In this document: piece by piece, positions 1-12,503 of the stretch | Numbering within the stretch: the stretch's first letter is position 1 | Layout of the letters: the number at the start of each line of letters is the position of its first letter | DNA from: Tubiluchus corallicola | Taxonomy: Eukaryota; Animalia; Priapulida | Direction of reading: 5' to 3' | Assembly: GCA_030141605.1 (NCBI GenBank) | Contig: JAQGDQ010001209.1 | Location: 1-55,438 of the forward strand | DNA length: 55,438 nucleotides | Position numbers and translations under genes: made by a program | Notes under the pieces: generated by a model | Seen by the model: only the letters and a program-made list of their open reading frames with translations | Told to the model about the DNA's origin: nothing | The model's database searches: none

Positions 1-674
1 ATAAAGTAAGGCATTTAAATGAATAAATTCAGGTGATCAGACTAAATGGGCTAAAAGTAAAAGAAAACTAAAAATAAACAAAAATTTAGTGAACAAAACT
101 GTTTTTAAGTAAAAAAAAATGGTGACAAAAAGACAGGTAAACAGTAATGAGGTGCAAAACTGTAATTAGATTAGATTATTATTTTATCTTGATCATAAAT
201 TACGTAAAATTACACACACGATTACAAGTACGTTTGCAATTATAATTATAAAAAACACCTAAAACTACAATCATTTAAAAATAATAAAAATACTACAATT
301 ACACATATGAAAAAATTTATTTCGTAATCTGCGAGAGTGAAAAATTCATTAGCTTCGGAGTTCTGCGTTAAATGGAGTATTGGGGATGCGGATGCGGGTT
401 GCGGGTTGCGGAATAGATAAATCATGTTCCGCATAATGCACAAACGCACGTCACTCTCTGCATGTGTCTGAGGAGGCTTTTTATTACACACTTTATTACC
501 ATGTTACCACAAGCCAAGCAAATGCAAATATGGTGAATTAGTCGATAATGGATGTTAGTGCTATTGATAATACTATGTAGTGTAGTATAAAAGTTATGCT
601 AACCCAGTAGGTCTAAATGTTTAATATTAGTTGAATCACAGGAAATTGATTTAATTATTTTTTATACACGTATA

Positions 675-1358
675 CATCGGGTGTCCCATAAGTCAGAATA
701 CATTTTACATTTTCTATAGTCAGGTTACTTGACTGGACAGAGAAATTTTAATGAGTTGATGACTCGTATTGGATTTACTAGAAACGAGCTTTGTGATTGT
801 GATACGGAAGCCCAGAATCCAGAACTTTTGATACACCAATGTACTCGAGTTGACGCAAACAGGCGACATGTATTACTAAACGAACTGGGGAAACGGCAAC
901 TTAAATTTTGTGTATTGAACCAAAAATGTAAATCTAATATCGACTATCGACGCTAATTTATTTTCTAGAGGACCCTTTTATTTTAAGATCTTGCTGTTAA
1001 ATTTTAGTAAAATAGTGATCAAATTTGTGTAGTTTTTGACATTACTGATTGCAACTCTTTGTGGTCTTAAATATTGAATTCGGAATTTAAAATTTAGTAC
1101 ATCAATTTATCTGCATTTTTATATTACTAGACAGGAAACTTGCTTCATTAATAACCTTGATTTTAGCGCTCACTTCAATATTTCTCGTTTAACATCGCTA
1201 TAGGAAATGTTAAACGCACAAATTAAAAAAAGCTAATTACAGTAACATGTAATATTGTAGAATTCACTCTAGTGTCTATGTAAAATTGTATAATGTTTGT
1301 ATACAGAAATTTTTGCCTGCAAAAAGAGGTTAATAAAGACTCATCATCATCATCATCA

Positions 1359-1390
<32 letters not shown>

Positions 1391-1713
1391 CTCATCATCA
1401 TCATCCTCACCATAGCAAAGCAAAATGTTTGCAAATTGCCACAGATGAACTAAAACCTTGGGCAGGTCTTTTACTCAAATTAGAAGAAAATGTGAAATGA
1501 ACTACTGCACTCGAAGGGGATTCATGCCAGACTGATTTTGGACCTCGTTTCTAATGCTACTGTCGTCGTCATAGCAACGCGGTTCCAGACAAAAAATGAG
1601 TAAAAAGAATTGCCAAAAGCCATTTCGTGTAACAGCTTGTTCAGATATGAGAAAAAAATAAATTGAAAAGAATTTTAGAAATCAAAGCGTATAGTGAGTT
1701 ATGAGACACTCTG
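675..1713. mobile_element. Degenerate Tc1/mariner-type MITE containing a LINE fragment and a microsatellite
   Basis: TA-CATCGGGTGTCCCATAAGTCA at the left and TGAGTTATGAGACACTCTG-TA at the right form imperfect TIRs of ~45 bp with TA flanks. Confidence 0.5.
720..960 (+). mobile_element. Non-LTR retrotransposon 3' fragment (I/R1/LOA-like C-terminal cysteine motif)
   Basis: RLLTGQRNFNELMTRIG..LCDCDTEAQNPELLIHQC resembles the post-RT zinc-knuckle region. Confidence 0.6.
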
Positions 1714-2138
1714 TATTCTAGGACAATGCATGAAAATATCGATAAATAAAATAATATATGTCAAATTTATTTATATTGCGTACTACTTCATTTAAAATCT
1801 CTGCACGCTGAACAATAAAATACATCTAAAATTCACAAGAAACATAAAATTTAACAGATACAATATTAAAAATTAAAAATAATTCATCATAAAATGTACA
1901 ATTTAAACAAATGTGTTTTAAGACGTTGTTTAAAACAATCTAATGAATTTGTAGAAATACTAAAGTAAATCTAAACGAAATGTAAGCTAACTGCTATACA
2001 ATAATTAAACGCGGGTACAAAGAGTTTAATTTTACGAAAATATAAATCACTTGGTCATCTTAACTATGACATTTGACCTAGCCATATGACCAATGTTCTA
2101 GCCAGAAAAGCAAAAATAGCAATCGTTAAAACCCAATA

Positions 2139-2391
2139 TAAATTTGAGCTGCATTTCATAACCATAACTCTATTATTACTAGTGTACTGTGTAAAATACA
2201 ACCATGTAACCCAAAACTAATAAATTTGAGCTGCATTTCATAACCATAACTCTATTATTACTAGTGTACTGTGTAAAATACAACCATGTAACCCAAAACT
2301 AATAAATTTGAGCTGCATTTCATAAACATAACTCTATTATTACTAGTATACTGTGTAAAATACAACCATGTACCCAAAACTAATAAATTTG
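2139..2391. repeat. 82-bp tandem repeat, ~3 copies
   Basis: TAAATTTG(AG) recurs at 2139, 2221, 2303 and 2384. Confidence 0.95.
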
Positions 2392-2769
2392 GAAGAATTT
2401 CGAAGCTCAAGATAAAGTATGGCGATGATGTATTAGAAACGCAATGAATTTTGTTATCTGTTTAGCCAAGCGCAAATGCGAAAAATCTTAACTTTGAGCG
2501 CTGTATATAGTTCATACATTGGAACACAAAGAATTCATTGTACAGAACAACCTTATTACTCATGGGAAAGAATCGATAAAATAATAATTACAAAATTACG
2601 CTCGCAGCCATGAGGAATATTCGCCTTTCAAGCTTCACGATTTTCAAAATAAAAAATAGAAATTTGCTATTTTTGATGCTACCGTTTTCTGTTTTGACTT
2701 ACGAACATCGAAATAATCAAAAGAATTTGATTATCGTGTTTTAAACGTTTAGCAACAAGGGCATCTTAC

Positions 2770-3031
2770 CTGTTTGTTTTTCACTGTATAAACAAAAATC
2801 AGGTGACTAGAATGGTTTGGTAAGCTCACAGGTTAATCCTAAAAACACTCCTCGGCAGCCATGTTGTCATAATTCAAAATTCTTTCACATCACTTAATTA
2901 CACGTTGATTGGCGGTAATTAGCGTCCTTTCATCTCTCCGCTTGACAGATACCTGAGAAAGGCTCGCGCAGTGTTCGCAATTTACCTGTGGAATGTGGTC
3001 GCGCAAGGCATTCTGGGAGCGCGTGACGTCA
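2770..3031 (-). promoter_or_regulatory. Candidate promoter and non-coding first exon of a leftward-transcribed neighbouring gene
   Basis: ZNF143/Staf-type CTCCCAGAATGCCTTGCG (minus, 3002-3019), CRE TGACGTCA 3024-3031, CCAAT box (ATTGG 2908-2912), YY1-type CAACATGGCTG (minus, 2856-2866), minus-strand donor CAG|GTAAGA at 2770/2769. Confidence 0.5.
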
Positions 3032-4379
3032 CCATGTCATCTCATCTTTACGTGTGTTAATAATAAGGTCAACGCTCGGCTCAACGCAGGTGTCAGTAAC
3101 AATAAGTTTTAACAAAGAATTTGGAATATGTCCAATAGACGAGTATAATCATAAATGATAATAATATGGAAAATTTTTAGCAGGTAATAATCGATAAAGT
3201 CAATTGTTTGTATAGTATTTTGCGTCATTCAATGTTCTTTGATATCAATGCATTTAATTTTGAGAAAATATTACTACATAACGTCTAGCTTTCTCTAAAC
3301 ACACCTATAACTTACATAAATCAGAGACAATGAGAATTTAATCGACTTAAATTAATTGTTGAACGCTAGTCACTTTTTATTACAGACAATTAAAAACATT
3401 TATAGTTAAAGCAACACAACTTTATTAAAAAAAATTTAATTTACATAGTTAAAATCATGTCAAATTGTGAAGAAACGTTTGTCATGATTTTAACAAAATA
3501 AAGTAAAATATTTTAAAAAAATTTAGTTGTTTTAACTATAAATTTTTAAATGCTAATTAAGCGTGTAATGACGCCTATTGCAGACGGTATCTTTTAATAT
3601 CTTTTTTAAATTTTATAAAAACATTGAATAAATTTGCTGTTGATCAAGCAAAGATACGACGATGAAGCGACTTGTATTAATATCAACAATTTTACAGAAA
3701 TATTTCGCTGCTTGTATTTTTCTTTGATGGTTGTTTGTCTTTGATGGTAAATAAATTCATATTTGAACTGTAATGCCTTTTGCGACGTTGTTTGCTGAAT
3801 TCTTGTATGACGCTAATAATTTTAAATTTGTTAAAATTTTACATACACCTTTGCATGGTAAATCTATGAGAAGAAAGTAGGCCTATCATAACATAAAAGT
3901 CTGCATTGAGCAGGAGACAAATTATTTTTCTCGCGGCTAACAGATGGCGCCAAAAACTCATTTCTTTGCAATGAAGTGATAATTTCATTTTGTTTGTATT
4001 GAACGCCAAACTTCAATTAATGCTTATTTTTGAGACTAATAATTCATTTCTAGTATTAACAAATCATTTATCAATTATCAGTATTCATTAATCTTTTATT
4101 AATATAAAAATGAATAATGATTATTAAAAATTGATATAATAATATTCGAAAATAAGCAATAAATTCCCCATTGGCATTCCATAGTTATCAAAGTGTGAGT
4201 AGTTATGATTTAGGGTTATTTTAAATTGCAATAGACATTAAACAACCACTGTTTCAGTTTCAGCACAGTTCTGTGCGAAGTTCAAGATTAATTTTTTTTC
4301 GGTACTAAAATTTATAACAAAACTCTAATGTTACAATAAATAGGTATTACGTAAATAAGTGTAATGGCAAATAAAAGAA

Positions 4380-4690
4380 ATATCATCATCATCATCGTCG
4401 TCGTCGTCGTCGTTATCATCACCATCACCGTCGTCGTCATCGTCGTCGTCGTCGTCGTTGTCATTATCATCATCATCGTCATCAACATCATCATCGTCAT
4501 CGTCGTTGTCATTATCATCATCATCGTCATCGTCATCACCATTGTCTTCGTCGTCATTATCATCATCATCGCCATCATCATCACCATCATCATCACCATC
4601 ACCGTCACCATCACCATCACCATCATCATCACCATCATGGTCATCGTTATCATCATCGTCATCATCATCTTTTTCTTCTTCTTCAATTAA
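4380..4690. repeat. Compound (CAT)/(CGT)/(CAC) microsatellite
   Basis: Direct reading of the sequence. Confidence 0.95.
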
Positions 4691-5313
4691 AATAACGTCT
4701 ATTGCTGGCACTGGACTGCCATTGCCGCCTTGTTTTAACCACTACAATGGCAAACTGCTAAAAATAGTTATTTATTTTTCTGTTCTCAAGATGACCACTG
4801 GGCGACCACAAAGTAACAAAAGCACAGACAAATTTATTACTGCGACCAGGCAACGTAGCAATTTAAGAAATGGCTCTGGAACTAGCTACAGCTACATCAT
4901 AATCAACAGGATTGTCGAAAAGCAATATATTGCTCGCTAGATGGCGATACTATGTATGACATCGAAGTAATAGCTGCTTGTTGGCGTTTCGTTAAAGATA
5001 CACGTAATAGTAAAAGTAATAGCCCTGAGATAGTGTTGTCGAGTCTTCAGTGCTTGATAAACTTGTATGCTTGATTTTCAATATTACTACAGCATATAAG
5101 CTCTTTATAGGCTTCAGCGCGTCACTGTCAAAATGCATCGCGAGTGCATACGCTAGCATGAGGAATGTAATTTCAGAATAAACGTAGAATATGAATAACA
5201 AGTCCGCCGGAGTTTCAACTCTTCCACCATATCACGAAGTCACAATACAGTAGCAATGCATGACTTGTCTCTTAGACTAGTAGACGTGGAAGAAGACACA
5301 TTTAGAGGAAATA

Positions 5314-5641
5314 AATGTCTATGTCTCTGTCTATGTCTATGTCTATGTGTCTATGTCTATGTCTATGTCTATGTCTATGTCTATGTCTATGTCTATGTCT
5401 ATGTCTATGTCTATGTCTATGTCTATGTCTATGTCTATGTCTATGTCTATATCTAGGTCTACATGTCTATGTCTATATCTAGGTCTACATGTCTATGTCT
5501 ATGTCTATGTCTATGTCTGTCTATGTCTATGTCTATATCTATGTCTTTGTCTATGTCTATGTCTATGTCTATGTCTATGTCTATATGTCTATGTCTATGT
5601 CTATGTCTATGTCTATGTCTATGTCTATGTCTATGTCTATG
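5314..5641. repeat. (CTATGT)n microsatellite
   Basis: Direct reading of the sequence. Confidence 0.97.
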
Positions 5642-6229
5642 CAAGACTAACCTATTTGCGACACTGTAGGGGTCACCAGATGCAACATAATTATGATGAT
5701 GATGATAATTAATCATTTTTGCACAATATGTACACATACATACTTGCAAAGCCTCTATTTGCAGGCCTGTAATTCTGCATTCTATCATGACATAAGAGTA
5801 TATATATATATATATATACAACATGGTCAATTATAATTATGCCCTTAAAACATCTGCCACAAACTTGCTCATAAAACATTGTAACAATTATTTATAATAA
5901 TTAATGTTCATAATAACAGAATTTATTCACTGGGATTATTTAGATTGCACTATTAGGAAAGTATTAAAAATGACATAAAAAAAGTTTTAACATTAGAAAA
6001 AAAGTTTTCTACATGCACGATTTACTTACACATATATAAGAACAAGAACTTTTGTTAAAATTTACGATAAAATCAGGATAAATTTGCCTGAGTTATACAT
6101 ATATGTACATCAATATATATATATATACATATGTGTGCGTAAGCTAAAACTTATTGTATTATGCATTTAACCCTTTTATATGCCTTTGCAAACTAATAAG
6201 ATCTCGCAAAATTAACTAAAGCTTTATTT

Positions 6230-6570
6230 AATGTTTCTGTTTTTTTTAAAACACGCTGGTTCTGTTGTCCTCTGCAAGGTGTCTAATGGCTGTTTTGTTC
6301 TGTTAGCGTCTACTTTGCTGCATCTGTATTTTAGGTGTTCAGGTGTTTGAATTTCGGTGCCGCATTCACATGTGCTATTATCCGTTAGTCCTAAACTATA
6401 AAAAATTGACTGAAGATTCCTTGTCGAGAGGCTTTATGGTTGCTGGTTCGATGCTCCGTTCTGTTTTGCTCAGTGGTAAATTAAGTGGCCCGATGTTGAT
6501 TTTTTTCGAGTCTTAAAATGTTTCCTATTTGAGCCCGAGTTTCGATTCTCCTTGCCCACATAGATTATTG
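6230..6570 (-). mobile_element. Non-LTR retrotransposon 3' fragment related to 720-960
   Basis: Minus strand reads GIFSQFFYSLGLTDNSTCECGTEIQTPEHLKYRCSKVDANR (CxC..H..C). Confidence 0.65.
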
Positions 6571-6578
6571 GTATGAAG

Positions 6579-8243
6579 CAAGGACTACTATACAACAGGA
6601 CGTGCACGGTCAGATCTCTGACTCGGCTAGCGGAGGCAATCTATTTTTAACATTTAGTGCTAATAATTTGGACATATTTACCCCCCATGGTGACCTATAG
6701 CATGCCACAATACACATAGAACATATTCCTCATTCATCTAGTAATTTAAAAAGAGTGGTACCTATGATATCCCCCCCCCCCAAAAAAAACACCATATCTG
6801 CAACTCATTGTGTCCCGAAGATTACCTGTCACTTTCTATAGACAGACTGCACCATTTTGTCAGGACTATATAAACTCATTCATAGGTTCCTCTGTGTAAA
6901 TTAGAATACATGAAATTATTGCACTCATCATTTTGCAGAGATGTTTGCGACAATTAGTTGGCTAGTCGCGCCTTCTTAATGGAGGTCTGGTAAAGGCTGA
7001 GTTCTGCTGGTGATCCTTCTCCAAATTGTGTAGTCCATGCAGCAGTACATTCGCCAGGCGTCTCAGAGCATTTCTTGAAAATTCTCCAAAATCAAAGTAC
7101 GCATCAGGATGTTCATGAGCTTGTTGCGGCAGCAGACTGTGTGAGTTGACTTCTTCACAAAACACAAGCCAGTTCCTACGAATTCGAACGTGAATGTGTG
7201 GGGCACTGTAAGACCTCCCCTAGACACTTCTTCAATGAACATTTTCATTTCCTCAGAAAGGAGAGGCTCATCCTCGAGAAAAGAAATGTCATTTTGGCAC
7301 TTACTCTCCAACCAACCTGCGACATATGCACACGCGTTCAGTTCAGTTTTGGAAAGAGTCTCGTCAACACAAATCTCCATAATTTTGGCATCCTCGAAAT
7401 CAATCCCATTGCATGTGTGCAACTGGATTTCGGATGATGTGTCTGTGTCCACAAACTCCAGGAATGATGCAGAGAAACGCGCCAGTCTCCGCTTGAATGC
7501 TGAACAGACATCTCCAGCTTGCATGAATGCATTGGCCCCCCTTTTTGGAGGGCGAGGTGGTGGCTTTGGAGTGGGCAAACATGATGTTGGAACGTTGAAA
7601 CTACTGGGTGGATCCACTGGCCTGGTGTGACCACCTGGAATTTTGACCATTTGAGTATCCGATGGCCAATGCTTTTCGCAAATGAAAAATTTCGATGGAC
7701 CAACAACACTTAGCCATTTCTGTTTTTCTACATGATCTCTTGGCAGTCTGAACACACGACACTTGTTCTCCGTGTCATAGTTACCTTTGCATTTCACAAC
7801 ACCACACTTGTTAAGTTGTTAGGCATGCTGCTGAGCACAGATGTATAAAATACACGAGAAATTTTGAAAATAATCCCGAAAGAAACAAACACAAGAACGA
7901 AAACAACGCTTCACTTGACTTTGAACAATGACACATTAACAATGACAAAGCAGTACTACCGATAAAACACACTTACGCCTAAAGTAGTGCGCTATTTAAG
8001 AAGTAAAAATGGACAATAATTTCCTTTGATATATAAAATAAACAATTGGTACTTTTCTCCCGTAATGTAAAGAACCAATTAAATGAAAAATAATACTCGC
8101 TATCTACCGATCCGCCCATTCTTTAATTTCCAAGATCACTACTCTCTAAACCGCACTATTTCTAGATTAGGTTCATTACAAGTATTGATCGCCTCCGCTG
8201 GCGGAATCACAGATGTGCACGTCCTGTTGTATAGTAGTCCTTA
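6579..8243 (-). mobile_element. P-element superfamily non-autonomous deletion derivative with both termini
   Basis: ~65-bp imperfect TIRs beginning CAAGGACTACTATACAACAGGACGTGCAC (the right-end terminal base is mutated). Perfect 8-bp TSD GTATGAAG (6571-6578 and 8244-8251). Internal THAP/transposase remnant. Confidence 0.9.
6954..7826 (-). pseudogene. Internally deleted P-element/THAP9-like transposase: THAP domain fused to the C-terminus
   Basis: Reconstructs as MPNKCGVVKCKGNY..VFRLP..KWL..ICEKHW (THAP C2CH) once an 8-nt insertion after the ATG at 7826 is removed. It is joined in frame to GANAFMQ..YVAGWLESKC.. (P-transposase C-terminus-like). Further frameshifts near 7100 and 6995 precede KKARLAN*. 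The catalytic core is absent. Confidence 0.8.
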
Positions 8244-8375
8244 GTATGAAGTTATATGGTTTTTTACAACATAGTAATATAGTAGTTACTACAGATACAT
8301 ATACTGTATGTATATGGTATACAGTATGATTTAAAATGTACAGGTATCTAGTGTAAATTCTATGCATATGATATC

Positions 8376-8750
<375 letters not shown>

Positions 8751-9283
8751 TCTGCATAAAACATGTAAATTTAAACTCCCGCGATGACAGTTGCGCGCAG
8801 CCATTTTTGATATCACTGAGTAAAGTTTAAAAAAATAATCAGTGCATTTGTAGCATGCATGTTGCTAAATAAGTAAAATTTTAAATTACTGTATCTTGTC
8901 AATATGATTATTGGTCAGCGAGTGGCGCACCCTGGAGGGTGAGTTAGCGACATTTTGCCAATTGGCACAAACGTTTTAAACTATTAGTCTAGTTACATAA
9001 GTCTTTCCGGCATGTAAGTGGATTGCTAAGTAAAATAGATTTGCACGGAAAGTGTTTTGGGTCATGATTTAACATTTCCCTTTCTTCCTCTGATTTACGT
9101 TTCCGTAGTGACGTCATGTAAGGGCGCCGTCGGAACAATATTACGGGAGATTTAACATGAAAACAAGCAAAGATTCCTTTCAATGCGAATAGGATATAAG
9201 CATAAAATTGCTGTAAAGAAGTATAATTTTTTAAAGCGATTTTTCTGAAACCTACTTCAGGTGCCCCTTCTCTTGTCCTTTAA
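8751..9283 (+). mobile_element. Kolobok-like MITE family B, 5'-truncated
   Basis: Colinear with 19850-20962; ends CTTGTCCT-TTAA. Confidence 0.8.
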
Positions 9284-9496
9284 TTCGCTCGATGTTGTTA
9301 TACGTTTTCATGAGGTCGTTCACGTATACATATATTTTGATAAGCATGTGTATACGTTAAGATATATGTATAATGTATGTATAAATAATGTTATGTATTT
9401 AATCTTACGAGGTTTATTGTATATAGTTTACATATTACGCTACTTAATCTCCCTTGACTAACTTGCACCTCTAATCACATTCTTCTCTATACAGTA

Positions 9497-9720
9497 AGTG
9501 AGTGAGTGAGTGAGTGAGTGAGTGAGTGAGTGAGTGAGTGAGTGAGTGAGTGAGTGAGTGAGTGAGTGAGTGAGTGAGTGAGTGAGTGAGTGAGTGAGTG
9601 AGTGAGTGAGTGAGTGAGTGAGTGAGTGAGTGAGTGAGTGAGTGAGTGAGTGAGTGAGTGAGTGAGTGAGGGAGTGAGTGAGTAAGTGAGTAAGTGAGCA
9701 AGTGAGCAAGTAAGTAAGTA
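9497..9720. repeat. (GAGT)n microsatellite
   Basis: Direct reading of the sequence. Confidence 0.97.
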
Positions 9721-10694
9721 AAGTAAGTTTATTAGTTTATCACCATTTTTAAAATAGCAAAATACATAACTAAGAGATTTATAAATCTGTACAACATACA
9801 ATAATATTACGAAGTGCAAAAGTAATTATTGATTAGTGGTAAAAGAGAGGCAAAAGAACTATAAGTTATCAAGGTCAGCCACCCTCTCAGGATTGTTATT
9901 CATATGATTAATTGATTAATGCGCATGTACCAAGTAATTAAAAATTATCAGATTTTGCATTTAAGACAAATGAAAATTGAATTATTATACGAATCTGTTA
10001 GTTTATAATAAAATAATGTTCAACAATGGGAAAGAAGAGACACACGTGACTATCTTTACATAATAATCTAACCATTACGTATTTAAAATTAATGTTATGA
10101 GGACCTAGAGCCAAGGGAAGAAAAAAATACACCCTAATTTTCAACCCTACCTTGTTTTGCTTAACCCTTTCTCACTATCAATGTTGTGCTTACAACCTTT
10201 TCTTTCAGCAAACAATGAAGTATTTTATTGTAAGCAATTAGTTTTTAATATTGCAATTTGTTACATGACGCTATATGTAATTTGCTTTGTATGAAAAATA
10301 ATAATGAATGAAAGAAATAAATAAATAATAAATAAATAAATAAAACGTTTCTAATTTTAAGTTTTCATACAAGTTGGAAATTCTCGGCTCTATGGCCGTT
10401 TAAAGAAGGCTGATTTTTTTACTACAGGCACTTTAAAGTAAGAATTTGTGAAGATCTGAGTATATCGTCTAGAACTGGTAAAAATATAAGAAATTCTGCT
10501 CTATCCAGCATTAATGAACATATTTGTGCCTCATCCTACAAAGCTGATTTTAGTAATTTCAGCATTGTGGCCAGAGTTACAAACAACTGGGACTTATTAA
10601 TAAAAGAAAGTTTATCTATGTACCCCAATAAGCCTTCTCTTAATGTGCAAAATAGTTCAATTCCTTTAACTTTATTCTTAAACACTTAGCTATT

Positions 10695-11255
10695 TGTTAC
10701 TGTATCTATTACTTTTCTACAGGTGTGTTTATTCATTACCTGTTTGGCTTTTTGCATATACATAATTAGCGCATAATTTACTGTATCAATCTCTTTACTG
10801 GTCTGTTTAATCATTACCTATTTGGCTTTTTGTAAATACATAATTAGTGCATAATTTACTGTATCAATTTCTTTTCTACTGGTATGCTTAACCATTGCCT
10901 ATTTGGCTTTTTGCATATACATAATTAGTGCATAATTTACTGTATCAATCTCTTTACTGGTCTGTTTAATCATACCTATTTGGCTTTTTGTAAATACATA
11001 ATTAGTGCATAATTTACTGTATCAATTTCTTTTCTTCAGGTCTGCTTAAGCATTGCCTATTTGGCTTTTTGTAAATACATAATTAGTGCATAATTTACTG
11101 TATCAATTTCTTTTCTACAGGTTTGCATAATCATTACCTATTTGTTTTTTGTAAATACATAACTAGTACACAAGTTACTGTATGAATTTCTTTACTGCTC
11201 TGCTTATTCATTACCTGTTTGGCTTCTGTTAACTACTCAATTAGTGCATAATAGC
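10695..11255. repeat. ~60-62 bp tandem repeat, ~9 copies, inside the Penelope UTR
   Basis: Recurring CATTACCTATTTGGCTTTTTGTAAATACATAATTAGTGCATAATTTACTGTATCAAT. Confidence 0.9.
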
Positions 11256-11290
11256 CGCTGGCTATATAACCTGGTTGTGTGTTTGTAAAT

Positions 11291-11335
11291 TTACCACTGA
11301 CGATGACAGCAGCAGTCTGTCGAAACGTTTGGCAA
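11291..11335 (+). ncRNA. Minimal type I hammerhead ribozyme (Penelope-associated)
   Basis: CCA-CTGACGA-T-GACAG-cagcagt-CTGTC-GAAA-CGTT-TGG: core CUGANGA (11297-11303) and GAAA (11322-11325), 5-bp stem II, short stem I CCA/TGG, palindromic ACGT in place of stem III, NUH = GUU. Confidence 0.72.
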
Positions 11336-11937
11336 GTAAAAATTTTAGCAAAGTTGTATCGTTTTAACTATAAATGGCATATTTTTGTGTCCACCCTGTA
11401 CACCAAATCTAGTGCAGATGTACAACGTGAAAAGCTCTACGGAGCCAAAACTCACACAAATTCAATTAGCTTTCGTTCAGCATCCACAAGCATCACAATT
11501 AAGATTATATCCATTTTTGCGACAAAAGCGCCACCATTGTTACGCGATCATGTCACCTGCGGAGATGATAATGATGCAATGAAAAGATGCAAATAAAAGG
11601 GAACTCGTTACTATGGAAACGGAAACACTTGCCAGGTTTAGGTGCTGACCTCAAGAGAAAGAAGTTCGGTAGTTAAATTCGTCTCTTTACAATATGAACT
11701 GCACCTTGTATCATATCTTTGTAATAACTTCCGTCGGTTAGGTGTGTTTATATAAACAGGTAAATTGGTTTAATGCAGGTAAATATTGTCTTACGTCAAT
11801 GCGCAGGAAGTGAGTCGAAAAATTTCAGTTCCTGCAATTTAGCGGAAAATTAATCTGGTTCCATAAAATGTATTAAAAAGAGTTTGAATGGTTCGATGTG
11901 CTTAGCATCAAATAACAGTGCCTGGACCTACCGTGTT

Positions 11938-12503
11938 TTAAAGGAAAAGTCAAGCCTTCTAGGCGGTTAGGCTTATTTCAATGTTCGCGAAAAATGTTAG
12001 AAGGATTTAGTAATAAAACTGCAATAAGCGCCTCGTGTAATTAGTAAAATCACTTTAAAGTCGCGATCACTTCATGCTTGGGCGCTTCCATTTTCAATTC
12101 CATTCTTCCACCAATTACGTCATTCGTTATTAAAGAAAAGTAGCGCATTGTCAGACTTCATCATAAATGTAAAAAGTTTTTGCAAAAAAACTAGATATCT
12201 GATTTTGTAGCATTTTCGGACGAATATTATGTAAGCTACAGAAGATTGAATTAGTTTAAGCAGCGCGCGCTTACGGAAAGCCACGACGCGCTTACGATAA
12301 GTCACGAAGTCCCCCAGTTACGTCATAATTTTCAAACTACCGCGGCAACCACCACGCCTGAAAATTTCTATTCACGGGTAGTATTCCTCAAATTTATGCT
12401 TTACAGAAAGGTTTTTTGCAAATTTCTTTGTTATATTCTTCTAAGTCTGAGTTATAGCAGTAAAATAAACCTATAATACTCAGTGACTTGTTCTTTCCTT
12501 TAG
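11938..12503 (+). mobile_element. Kolobok-like MITE family C
   Basis: TTAA-AGGAAAAGTCAAG ... CTTGTTCTTTCCT-TTAG; the first ~120 bp match 41340-41457. Confidence 0.7.

Larger units (their letters stand above)
10423..11340 (+). mobile_element. Penelope-like retroelement 3' remnant (GIY-YIG C-terminus, tandem-repeat UTR, ribozyme)
   Basis: 10423-10689 translates RHFKVRICEDLSISSRTGK..SSINEHI..DFSNFSIV..DLLIKESL..KPSLNVQNSSIPLTLF, typical of the C-terminal part of a PLE GIY-YIG endonuclease. Followed by a tandem array and a hammerhead motif. Confidence 0.8.

Noticed and set aside
4312-4940. Poly-Asp, poly-Ser and poly-Met ORFs (and similar ORFs at 5.3, 9.5, 19.2, 23, 28, 30, 33, 36 and 47 kb)
   Set aside because: Translations of micro- and minisatellites, open in several frames on both strands.
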